Source: a virus
Taxonomy: Duplodnaviria; Caudoviricetes
IMG/VR virus record: IMGVR_UViG_3300037422_000298
Direction: 5' to 3' (one strand)
DNA: 64,000 nucleotides
Both the position numbers and the translations under genes were made by a program. The notes under the pieces were generated by a model. The model was not told where the DNA came from, ran no database searches, and was given only the letters and a program-made list of their open reading frames with translations. Positions 35,967-44,369 of the stretch are shown piece after piece; the stretch's first letter is position 1; every line of letters starts with the position of its first letter.

Positions 35967-36220
35967 GGTGTTGCTTCTTTCTGCGGTTCTGCGAGCGAGC
36001 AGAGCGCCGCGGTGAGGGTGTCGCGTAGCTTTCGAGCGGCATCGAGACGACGCAGCATCGCGTCGGCTTCGACGGCACCGAACGTGCGGCGCGCGTCGCC
36101 GTCGTGTAGCTCGTCTTCGATGTCTTCGGTGTTCATCACGTACTGATCGAGCGCTTCTTCGAGCGCGAAGAACTCGTCAGTACTCGTGATGCGAAGCGTG
36201 AACAGCATGTCAGTCATCAA
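35963..36220 (-). CDS. hypothetical acidic protein
   Basis: overlapping run. Confidence 0.6.
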   Translation of the reverse strand: MMTDMLFTLRITSTDEFFALEEALDQYVMNTEDIEDELHDGDARRTFGAVEADAMLRRLDAARKLRDTLTAALCSLAEPQKEATP

Positions 36221-36413
36221 GTACTCGCGTGTTCGTCATGCGCTTGCACAACTCATGAAGGTACTGTGCGTGCTTCGCAAGCCAGCGCTGTTCATCGGGC
36301 GATGCTTCGATGCTTGTGGAACGTTCCTTTGTGGCGATCGCGGCATCAGTGACCAACGACATGATCACTTCGGCGTCCTCGTCGCTGACTGTGAAGTTGA
36401 AGTGCACAGTCAC
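36210..36413 (-). CDS. hypothetical protein
   Basis: GTGA overlap, GGAG SD. Confidence 0.55.
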   Translation of the reverse strand: MTVHFNFTVSDEDAEVIMSLVTDAAIATKERSTSIEASPDEQRWLAKHAQYLHELCKRMTNTRVLDD

Positions 36414-36967
36414 GATGGAAACTCCACGTTGAAGATCACGAGGCCGTTCTTCTGGCAGAACTTCTCGGCGAGCTTGAACGCCAACTCGGGCGTCGTGCGC
36501 AGCTGAGAGCCGTCGAGCAACAGCCCGTTGTCGGCGTTGCGGTAGACCTTGACGACGTATCGATCGGCCGTCTTCCTGAGAAAGCCGTGACGATCGAGAC
36601 CGCGGATCCTCGCGACGCGTACTCGCACACGCAGGTTCAACGGATCGGCTTCGAGCGGATCGATCTCCGTGCCAAACACGTGACACGTCGAGCCGCGCCC
36701 GTTTTGCTTGACGTACCACTCGGGCGGCGCGAACGGCGTCACGAGCAGCCCGAGGAAGTTGTGCTCGACGAAGTAGCGCTCGACGCGCGCCGGGCCGATG
36801 CGGTTGATACGCACGCGGATGATTTCGCCGATCGCAGGTACGGGTGTCGTGACGTTGGACCACTTGATGTCGATTGGGATCTCGTCGATCGGCGTGTTCT
36901 GTTTCGCGACGTGCACGATGTGCGGCGGGATCGTGGTCATCTGACGGTAGTTGGCTTGCGTGGTCAT
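36410..36967 (-). CDS. hypothetical protein
   Basis: GAGGA SD, 185 aa. Confidence 0.7.
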   Translation of the reverse strand: MTTQANYRQMTTIPPHIVHVAKQNTPIDEIPIDIKWSNVTTPVPAIGEIIRVRINRIGPARVERYFVEHNFLGLLVTPFAPPEWYVKQNGRGSTCHVFGTEIDPLEADPLNLRVRVRVARIRGLDRHGFLRKTADRYVVKVYRNADNGLLLDGSQLRTTPELAFKLAEKFCQKNGLVIFNVEFPS

Positions 36968-36974
36968 GGTGTCC

Positions 36975-37268
36975 TCAGATGTTGAAGTCGGGATGCTTCC
37001 ACATGCCCGACGAAGTCTTGTGAAAGCCCGCGCTGCGCAAGCAGAGCAAGCCCGCTTCCGAGATGATGAAGTTGCCGAAGCCCGAGTCCTGCAGTGCGCT
37101 CGCCCGTGCGAGCGAACGTAGCCTTCGATTGACGCTGGCGACGCGCGTGCGATAGGTCTTGCTGAGCCGCGCAGTTCGTTTGGGCGCCGCGACGAAATCG
37201 CCGACGGACACGCTTCCGTACGACGCAGCGATCGCGAGCACCTTCAAGTCGTGGCGATTGAGCTGCAT
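36975..37268 (-). CDS. small winged-helix-like protein
   Basis: LNRHDLKVL...RLRSL...FIISEAG pattern. Confidence 0.55.
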   Translation of the reverse strand: MQLNRHDLKVLAIAASYGSVSVGDFVAAPKRTARLSKTYRTRVASVNRRLRSLARASALQDSGFGNFIISEAGLLCLRSAGFHKTSSGMWKHPDFNI

Positions 37269-37270
37269 GA

Positions 37271-37798
37271 CTACTTGACCTTCGGTTGGTACTTGGCGAG
37301 CAGCGCCTCGTAGACCTCTGGTGCGACCTTCGCGCGAAGCGCCTGGATCATGTCCCAGTGACGATCGCTAGCTGCGCACACGCCGTAGTCGTCGGAGTTG
37401 TGCGCGAACCAGTCGTGTGACTTGAGTAGCGTCTCCAGTGCGTACGCTGGATCCGCCAGCACACGTTCGTACTCGGCGCGAAGCTCGCGAGCGCGTGTAC
37501 GTACCGCCTCGACGGCCTCTTCGATCGTCGCGTGCTCCCCCGCGACGTAGCTCGCGCCGTCTGCATCGCCGAGAAGCGGCACGATGCCACCCCACTGCGT
37601 CTTCGGCGTCCATGTCACGAGCCCGACGAGGTCTTCACGCCCGACCAGTTCGAGGCAGTGCTGACGATCGGTCACGTGGACGATCTTGTGCTCGAACACG
37701 AGCGCGAACGCGTGACCGGGCTTGCCGACGAAGTAGTTCACGTGTCGCGTGATGTAGCCGATGTTGCGGTTCACGGGTTTTCTCCTTCGATCTTCCAA
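37271..37798 (-). CDS. hypothetical protein
   Basis: C-terminal LLKSHDWFAHNSDD motif; true start may be GTG near 37774. Confidence 0.65.
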   Translation of the reverse strand: MEDRRRKPVNRNIGYITRHVNYFVGKPGHAFALVFEHKIVHVTDRQHCLELVGREDLVGLVTWTPKTQWGGIVPLLGDADGASYVAGEHATIEEAVEAVRTRARELRAEYERVLADPAYALETLLKSHDWFAHNSDDYGVCAASDRHWDMIQALRAKVAPEVYEALLAKYQPKVK

Positions 37799-37977
37799 CG
37801 GTGGTCGATGCCGCAGGCGTATTCGCGCTCGGGCAGCACCATCGTGTGACTTGCACGCTCGACCTTGCCGAGGGAGCCATCAAGTTCGAAACGGATCATC
37901 ACGGTCGCTCGTCCGCGGACGTAGCGCGCAGGGCACCCACACTTCGGACACAACGGTCGCTGATCGGTCGTCGTCAC
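37771..37977 (-). CDS. small zinc-ribbon protein
   Basis: CPKCG...CGIDHRW. Confidence 0.65.
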   Translation of the reverse strand: MTTTDQRPLCPKCGCPARYVRGRATVMIRFELDGSLGKVERASHTMVLPEREYACGIDHRWKIEGENP

Positions 37978-38195
37978 GACTTCACCTCGCTGCGTCCATA
38001 CGACGCTGCGCGATCCTTGGCGCGTGTCTGTGTGTCGTACGTTCCCAAGTCCTCGCGTTTACCGTCGACGACCAGGTACAAACGAAACAGCTGTGGCTTG
38101 GTGCAGCCAAGAAACATCGGCTCGATCGACCACTGCCCGTCGTGGCTGTCGACGGCGCCGTCGACACTGCGCTTCCAGCGGATCGCGCTCTTCAC
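37974..38195 (-). CDS. hypothetical protein
   Basis: 4-bp overlaps on both sides. Confidence 0.6.
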   Translation of the reverse strand: MKSAIRWKRSVDGAVDSHDGQWSIEPMFLGCTKPQLFRLYLVVDGKREDLGTYDTQTRAKDRAASYGRSEVKS

Positions 38196-38974
38196 GACTG
38201 CACCAGCACCTTCGCGAGCGCCGCGGTCTGCATGGCGTTCAACGGCCCGAGGGTCACGCGCCGCGACGTGGCCTCGGCGAACGCGCGCACCGTGTTGTCG
38301 ACGTAGCCCTGCCAGTGCGCGAGCAGCCGCGTAGCGGGCGTGATCGTCTCGTCGGCCGCGATGCTGTGCTCGCCGACGCCGCCCGAGAACACGAACCGGT
38401 CACCGCGCAGCTCGGTCACGAGCTGGAAGCGGCCCGCGTCGTCCGTGAACTGCAGCAGGCCCCAGTGGTCGACCGAGATCTGGCAGTAGTTGTGACCCTG
38501 ACCGGCGTGGATGCGAGCAGCGAGCTTGGGTGCCTTCATGACGATGATCTCCTTCTTGGGGGTGTTGAGAGCAACCGCGCGAAGCGCGAGAGAAACGACC
38601 TGACGAACGACCGAGCGCAGCGCCTTGCGCGCCTGACGCGCCGCCTCGCGTGCAACCTTGCGCGCCGCGTTCGCAACCTGCGCCTTGCGCAGTGCCGCCG
38701 CGCCGTTCACCGCCCGAGCGATCGAGCGACCGATCGCTGCGAGCGCCGCGAGACCCTGCTTCGCAAGGTTGCGCGCGGTGCGCGGCACGCGTGGCGCGGG
38801 AAGCGGAAGACCCGCACGAACCGCCTGCAGCTGACGCAGGCAACGCTCCGAGACCTTCGCGCGGCGATACGCTTGCGCGAGAGTCGCTGCGTTTTCCTCC
38901 GCGCGAATCGCACGGTCGTACGCCCTCTCCAGGCGGCGGATGAGCTTCTCGTGGCTTTTGGACGGGGTGTTCAT
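38192..38974 (-). CDS. hypothetical protein with Ala/Arg-rich helical N-half
   Basis: AAGGA SD; first gene behind the leftward promoter. Confidence 0.7.
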   Translation of the reverse strand: MNTPSKSHEKLIRRLERAYDRAIRAEENAATLAQAYRRAKVSERCLRQLQAVRAGLPLPAPRVPRTARNLAKQGLAALAAIGRSIARAVNGAAALRKAQVANAARKVAREAARQARKALRSVVRQVVSLALRAVALNTPKKEIIVMKAPKLAARIHAGQGHNYCQISVDHWGLLQFTDDAGRFQLVTELRGDRFVFSGGVGEHSIAADETITPATRLLAHWQGYVDNTVRAFAEATSRRVTLGPLNAMQTAALAKVLVQS

Positions 38975-39006
38975 GGGGTGTTCCTTCCGTTCCCTGACCA
39001 GACGTA

Positions 39007-39050
39007 CGGATAGCCGCGACTATTCAGCAAAGCAAGAGCAAGTTGATAAA
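39007..39050 (-). promoter_or_regulatory. leftward promoter-like element
   Basis: TTGCTT-17 bp-TATCCG; inverted copy of 39340..39383. Confidence 0.55.
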
Positions 39051-39168
39051 CGGGCTTACAAGCTAGGGTAAACCTGACGATCCCCGCGATCTCCGATTTG
39101 CCTGTGCAGGTCATAGATAGAGATCCCAGCAGCGATCGACCTGCACCCAAGGCTCGTTTTCGGAGCCC

Positions 39169-39192
39169 AATTCACGTGAATTCACGTGAATT
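39169..39192. repeat. perfect 24-bp palindrome made of tandem AATTCACGTG units
   Basis: AATTCACGTGAATTCACGTGAATT followed by a degenerate third unit. Confidence 0.9.
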
Positions 39193-39339
39193 TCACGTTA
39201 ATTCAGTATCTTAGCTCTCCCGCGCGAGGTTCCCTCGCGCGAAGAAATGATACGGCTCAAGTCGAACGGCCGGAGATCCCTCCCGGGATCGGCTCCGTAA
39301 GCCCTGGGAATCGCCTGGAAAGCCTCGTAAATCCGCATG

Positions 39340-39383
39340 TTTAGCAACTTACTCTTGCTTTGTGAATAGTCCGGGCGTATCAA
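39340..39383 (+). promoter_or_regulatory. rightward promoter-like element
   Basis: TTGCTT-17 bp-TATCAA. Confidence 0.55.
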
Positions 39384-39396
39384 ACGTCGTACCGAC

Positions 39397-40455
39397 ATGC
39401 AGAACAAACACCCCGGAAACTGCGAGACCTGCCGGACGCGCGTCCCCGCCGGTCAGGGCGAGCTTCGCAAGGTCGCTGGCCGCTGGATCGTGCTCTGCGC
39501 CGCGCACGGCACGGCCCCCGCCGTTACGGCCGCTCAGGCGGTCCTGTCGCTCGTGATTCGCGTGTGGCTCGCTGCGGGCCGCGTGCTCTGCGCGCCGGTC
39601 TCGCGGCTGAACGGCTCGTTCGACCGCTACCTCGCGGCGACGCGCTCGGCTGGCTACATCTTCCGCCAGGAGCACAACGCGCAGATCGGCGCGCTCGACC
39701 AGGCACCCGCGCTGCTCGATGCGCTCCGTGCGGCAGGCTTCACGCCGGACGTCTCGCCCGAGCTGCTCGGGATGTTGCAGACGCGCGAGGCGCAAGCGGT
39801 CAACGAAGTGCAGGCAGCTGGTGTGCGCACGGCCGAAGTCGACGCACGCCTCCGCGAGCGCGGACTGTCGCTGTTCCAGTTCCAGGCGAACGGTGTCGAG
39901 TGGCTCGCACCGCGCCGCAAGGCGGTACTCGGTGATGACATGGGGCTCGGTAAGACGATCCAAGCGCTCACCGCCGTGGCGGCGAACACGCCGATCGTCG
40001 TGGTGTGCCCCGCTGTCGCCAAGGGCGTGTGGGTCCGCGAGATCTCGCGCTTCCGTCCTGACCTGACGCCGGTTGCGCTGACCGGACGCGGCACGTTCCG
40101 CTGGGCGCAGCCGGGCGAGGTTGTGATCGTCAACTACGACATCCTTCCCGGCGAGAAGGCTGCGAAGAAGGGTTTCCCGGCGACGCTGCCCGCGAACCTG
40201 GCGACGGCGCCGACCGGCACCGTGCTGATCGCCGATGAAGCACACGCGCTCAAGGCGAGCGACACGCTCCGCACGAGCCAGTTTCGCGCGCTGCGCGAAG
40301 CGACGCTGACGGCGAACGGTCGCGTGTGGCTGCTGACGGCGACGCCGATCCTGAACCGTCCGACGGAGCTGTGGGCGTTGCTGCAGGCGATGAACGCGGG
40401 TTTCGGTTGTGATTGCAACGGCTGCGAATGGTTTCGCGCCGAACACGGATCCTGA
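39397..40455 (+). CDS. SNF2-family ATPase N-terminal lobe only (truncated helicase)
   Basis: LFQFQ, GDDMGLGKT, IADEAH, LTATPILNRPTELW, then a stop; no helicase C domain downstream. Confidence 0.8.
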   Translation: MQNKHPGNCETCRTRVPAGQGELRKVAGRWIVLCAAHGTAPAVTAAQAVLSLVIRVWLAAGRVLCAPVSRLNGSFDRYLAATRSAGYIFRQEHNAQIGALDQAPALLDALRAAGFTPDVSPELLGMLQTREAQAVNEVQAAGVRTAEVDARLRERGLSLFQFQANGVEWLAPRRKAVLGDDMGLGKTIQALTAVAANTPIVVVCPAVAKGVWVREISRFRPDLTPVALTGRGTFRWAQPGEVVIVNYDILPGEKAAKKGFPATLPANLATAPTGTVLIADEAHALKASDTLRTSQFRALREATLTANGRVWLLTATPILNRPTELWALLQAMNAGFGCDCNGCEWFRAEHGS

Positions 40456-40457
40456 CC

Positions 40458-40694
40458 ATGCCCTACGTCGAGATCATCTCACGCGACAACGAGTTCGAGA
40501 TCCGTCCCATGTCCGACGCGAGTGCAGACTCGCGGGAGATGCAAGGCGGTGAGACGATCTACATCGAGAACGATGTCTACGACGCGTGGGTTGCGCACAT
40601 GAAACAGCACGCCGTGTTCAAGGCGCTGTGGATCCAGCTGCAGAACGACCTTCGTCGTCGCGAGGCACGCAACCGAGGTGAGGTGTTGCCATGA
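40458..40694 (+). CDS. hypothetical protein
   Basis: operon packing. Confidence 0.6.
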   Translation: MPYVEIISRDNEFEIRPMSDASADSREMQGGETIYIENDVYDAWVAHMKQHAVFKALWIQLQNDLRRREARNRGEVLP

Positions 40695-41089
40695 AGAGCC
40701 GCGCGTCCAAGCGCCACACAACGCATTACGTGAAGCCCGCAGAGAGCGACGCGGATCGTATTCATCGACAGCTCGACGAGATCGTGCGTACGTATCGTCA
40801 CGGTGCATATCACTATCAATTCGCGCGTGCGCTTATCATGCGGCTGCACGCGATGCGGCTCTCACCCGCAACGCTGTTGACGTCTGAGGGTGTAGATGCG
40901 GTCACCGCCATCGCGATGGCACTCGAAGACTGGGACGAGCTAGCACGATCGACGGCACAGCAACCATCGAGGGCGTGGCTGGACGTGCTTCGTCACGTCG
41001 GTGGAAAAGCCCCGTATGACTGGCGCAACACGAGAGACCTCAGAGAGAGCACATCTTCGCACTTCACCAACGGCATCCGAATCAAATGA
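40691..41089 (+). CDS. hypothetical protein
   Basis: ATGA overlaps, GAGGTG SD. Confidence 0.6.
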   Translation: MKSRASKRHTTHYVKPAESDADRIHRQLDEIVRTYRHGAYHYQFARALIMRLHAMRLSPATLLTSEGVDAVTAIAMALEDWDELARSTAQQPSRAWLDVLRHVGGKAPYDWRNTRDLRESTSSHFTNGIRIK

Positions 41090-42843
41090 CCAAAGCTACC
41101 GAACACACCGCGCACTTTCAGATGTCAGGCGCCGACTTCACGCGTATCGCGCGCGAGCGCGTTCTCGACGACGCTCCTGGACACGCGTGGCGCATCGCCA
41201 GCTGCCTCGGCAACGACGAAGGCGACGAACGCGACGCGGGCGTCGCCGACGCGGCGCTCGCGATCTTGAAGGGCACCAAGAAGCTCGTCGGCAACGAGAA
41301 AGGCATGAAGCTCGTCAAGGAGCACGCGAAGGTCACCGAGAAGTACTTGAAGGACGTGCAGTACGTATACGCCGGGCGCATCCGCGTCTTCGACAGGTGG
41401 TACGCGCCCGTCGCGTACGTCAGCGACATGGGCCCGCGCGACATGCGCAACGATCATGGCAAACCCGTCGTGCGGCTGCCCAACCACAAGGGCTACTCCA
41501 ACCGCGCGTGGCACTACTGCGGTTACGACGAGATCGTCGTCGATCAGGCGAGCTGTCCAGATCCGGAGATGCCGACGATCAAGCGTGAAGTCATCTTTCG
41601 CGCGTGTGGTGAACGCCCGCACTGGTTCGAGGTACCGCTCACGCCACAAGCCGCGCTCGACGAGTTTCTCGCGGCGGGACACTTTCTCGAAGAGCGCAGT
41701 CACACGAAGTTGTACGGCAGCGACGAGCCTCGCCACTGGAGCGATGCGTCTGGGCACGACCTGAGTAGCTCCGAATACGCAGAACGAGTCACGCGCGAAC
41801 GCAAAGCACTCAAGAAGGGCGACGTCGGCCCGATGAACGCACGGCTCAACGCCGAGCTGGAGTTGGCGAACGAGCTGGACGAAGACGATCGCCCCGAGGT
41901 GCAAGAGCTTCGCGACGATCTACAGAAGGGCACGCGCGCCGAGATCATCAAGCGCGCCTACAAGACCGGTCCCGGCGTCGGTGCACTCGCCGAGATGCTC
42001 GACGAGCACGATCCCGAGGCGCTCCTTCGAATGGAAGCGGAAACGCCAATCCAGCAAGCTGCCGAACAACTCCGTGTCGAAGCCAAGCTCGCCGAAGAGA
42101 TCAAAGACGAGGCCGCTCGCGAGGCCGCCCTCGAACAGATCGATGCCGAACGTGAGACTCTACGCCTTCGGCGGCTGGCTGACCTGCGCGCGATGATTTT
42201 GAAGCAGGCGGGCGACGACCTGATCGATCTCAGTTGGGATGCGGTCATGAACCACGACGGAACCGAAGTTCGTGTTCCTGCGGGCTCCGCGAAAGTTCCG
42301 CGTGCGCCGTTCCTGCACTGGGCGTTCTCGCGCATGAAGATGTTCGAGGATCAGTTGCCGCCGTGGCAGAACATCTGCCCGCCAGGCATGAAGATGCAGA
42401 TGGACGATCCGAACCACACGGACTGGATCGTCGGTGCTGGGCTCGACCCGCAAGATCGCGAGTTGCTCTACTACCCCGGCCCGCTCGCCGAGGCAGCGAT
42501 GAAGCTCTCACACGAATTCCAGGACAAGTTCGACAAGCCATCGCACGTGCACGTCCTCGTTGACGGTCCCGTCGTTAGCGGTCAGGTGTTTCACGGCAAG
42601 CGCAACAAGCCTTGCCCGCCTGGCTCGGTGGTTGTCTTGCCGGATCTGCGTCCGCAGTACCTCGAAGCGATCGAAGATGCGGTTGCGGTCATCACCGAGC
42701 AGGGCGGTGAGACGGCCCACTTGACTCAGGTTGGTCGCGAACGCGCACTGCCGATCGTCCGCGTCGAGAATGCACGCGAGCGCTATCAAGAGGGCTGCAT
42801 GCTCCTGATCAACACGAGCGAACGTACGGTGATGGGGTTGTAG
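41086..42843 (+). CDS. large protein with C-terminal PEP-utilising mobile (phospho-His swivel) domain
   Basis: VVVLPDLRP...AVITEQGGETAHLTQVGRERALPIV. Confidence 0.75.
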   Translation: MTKATEHTAHFQMSGADFTRIARERVLDDAPGHAWRIASCLGNDEGDERDAGVADAALAILKGTKKLVGNEKGMKLVKEHAKVTEKYLKDVQYVYAGRIRVFDRWYAPVAYVSDMGPRDMRNDHGKPVVRLPNHKGYSNRAWHYCGYDEIVVDQASCPDPEMPTIKREVIFRACGERPHWFEVPLTPQAALDEFLAAGHFLEERSHTKLYGSDEPRHWSDASGHDLSSSEYAERVTRERKALKKGDVGPMNARLNAELELANELDEDDRPEVQELRDDLQKGTRAEIIKRAYKTGPGVGALAEMLDEHDPEALLRMEAETPIQQAAEQLRVEAKLAEEIKDEAAREAALEQIDAERETLRLRRLADLRAMILKQAGDDLIDLSWDAVMNHDGTEVRVPAGSAKVPRAPFLHWAFSRMKMFEDQLPPWQNICPPGMKMQMDDPNHTDWIVGAGLDPQDRELLYYPGPLAEAAMKLSHEFQDKFDKPSHVHVLVDGPVVSGQVFHGKRNKPCPPGSVVVLPDLRPQYLEAIEDAVAVITEQGGETAHLTQVGRERALPIVRVENARERYQEGCMLLINTSERTVMGL

Positions 42844-43065
42844 ATGTGGCTGTCGGAGTTCTGGACGTGCGGGAACTGCCAAGCGCAGAACACGAGCGAC
42901 GTGTTCAGCGATCCGTGCTGGAAGTGTGGCGTCGGTGGTAGTGACAAACCTCCGGCGATCGAAACCGATCCGACGATGTGCCCCGACTGCAAAGCGACCG
43001 ACGGCTTCCACAAGATCAACTGCCCGACACATCCGTTGCCTAAAGACTGGATCAAGAAGCCGTGA
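42844..43065 (+). CDS. small zinc-finger protein
   Basis: WTCGNC..CWKC, CPDC..H..C. Confidence 0.65.
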   Translation: MWLSEFWTCGNCQAQNTSDVFSDPCWKCGVGGSDKPPAIETDPTMCPDCKATDGFHKINCPTHPLPKDWIKKP

Positions 43066-43232
43066 ACCTGTTCCAGATCGGTGCGTGGATTGAAAAACAC
43101 GACCCTCGGCGCTACATGACGCGCGTACAGCACGAGGTCATCGTCTCGTGCCTGCAGCGCGACGACACGGACAAGGCCAAGAAGATGCTGGTCGACTGGA
43201 AGATCCCACAGGAACCTTATGAACCTCGATGA
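43062..43232 (+). CDS. small hypothetical protein
   Basis: GTGA overlap, fills the gap. Confidence 0.45.
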   Translation: MNLFQIGAWIEKHDPRRYMTRVQHEVIVSCLQRDDTDKAKKMLVDWKIPQEPYEPR

Positions 43233-43503
43233 AATGAAAGCGCTCTACAAGAACAAGATGGGGTTCGCGCACGAGTTGGAAACTGCGCCGTCATTCACGC
43301 TGCGCGTCTGGGACGGCATGGACGGTTGTTGGACTGATGTCGTTGCCGGTGTCGATCTCGCGTTCGCGTTGCGTGCGTGGTGCGAGCGGACCAAGGACGG
43401 CGCGCACAACACGGCGTACAAGGACATCGACTACTACAAGATCTTCCCGGCGGACACGAAGATGCTTTACAGCGACGACTTCACGATGCGCGGCGACGAC
43501 TGA
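43219..43503 (+). CDS. hypothetical protein
   Basis: AGGA SD. Confidence 0.65.
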   Translation: MNLDEMKALYKNKMGFAHELETAPSFTLRVWDGMDGCWTDVVAGVDLAFALRAWCERTKDGAHNTAYKDIDYYKIFPADTKMLYSDDFTMRGDD

Positions 43504-44246
43504 TGAAGATCTTGAAGGGCCACGTTCGTTGGGGTGAAGGCGATCATCGTCCGAGCGTGTTTCTGCTCGTCGACGACGTACCGAACGTCGGCCTGCGCTA
43601 TGTCGAACGCGGCGGGAACTACTACGCCGAGCGCGACGGATTCTGCTCGATCTTCCGTTGCGCTGTCCCCGGGGCTGCCGACCCTCTCGAACTGATCAAC
43701 ATGGCCGATGGGTCGCAACGTGCCGTGCGGCGTCACGACGTCAGTGCATCTCGACTGAACGAGCTAGGCTTTGGGCCGTGCGTCGAAGTCCACTACACGC
43801 TCAGTGAACGTACCTACGCTGAAGGCTACACGTTTTGGTTTGGCGCCGTACTCGTGTCGGTGCTGCGCGAGTACGCGAGTGTGATCGACGTTGGTCAGGG
43901 CTACACCTGGCGTCCGGGTTCGCGTTACGCCGCCGAAGTTGTCTTCCCACGTGGAAGTCAGTTCGCGCTTGCCTGCACGGGAACCGCGACGCTGTATCGC
44001 CGCGATCATCGCGATCATCGTTTCATGTCGCGGCCAGAGTTGTTTCCCGACGGAACGCGCGTCCATGATGTCCGCGCCGCAGTTCAGGCTGCGCTCGACG
44101 CGAACGAGCACGATACGGCGAACGAAATCGCTCGACGTTATACCCGTCACCTGCCCGGTGGCGACGTAGATGCACTGCTAGCCTTGTCAGGATACGAAGC
44201 TGCCGTCAAGCTGCCCGACGGGTCGTTTTGGACCAAACCGGCGTGA
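43503..44246 (+). CDS. hypothetical protein
   Basis: TGATG coupling. Confidence 0.65.
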   Translation: MKILKGHVRWGEGDHRPSVFLLVDDVPNVGLRYVERGGNYYAERDGFCSIFRCAVPGAADPLELINMADGSQRAVRRHDVSASRLNELGFGPCVEVHYTLSERTYAEGYTFWFGAVLVSVLREYASVIDVGQGYTWRPGSRYAAEVVFPRGSQFALACTGTATLYRRDHRDHRFMSRPELFPDGTRVHDVRAAVQAALDANEHDTANEIARRYTRHLPGGDVDALLALSGYEAAVKLPDGSFWTKPA

Positions 44247-44268
44247 TCCTCGACGGTGAAATAAACTC

Positions 44269-44335
44269 GATCGCTCATGCGATAAAGCTCTTGACAAGTC
44301 GCTGGAGCGATCGGAAACTGATCGCGTACAGGATC
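44269..44335 (+). promoter_or_regulatory. sigma70-like promoter overlapped by three GATC-N8-GATC-like elements
   Basis: TTGACA(44291)-17-GAAACT; GATCGCTCATGCGATA, AGTCGCTGGAGCGATC, GATCGCGTACAGGATC. Confidence 0.6.
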
Positions 44336-44369
44336 GAGCATCTGAGAAACTAGGGAGCCACGAAAGAAC

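Noticed and set aside
39169-39206. AATTCACGTG repeats as a mini CRISPR array
   Set aside because: Units are 10 bp and directly adjacent with no spacers.
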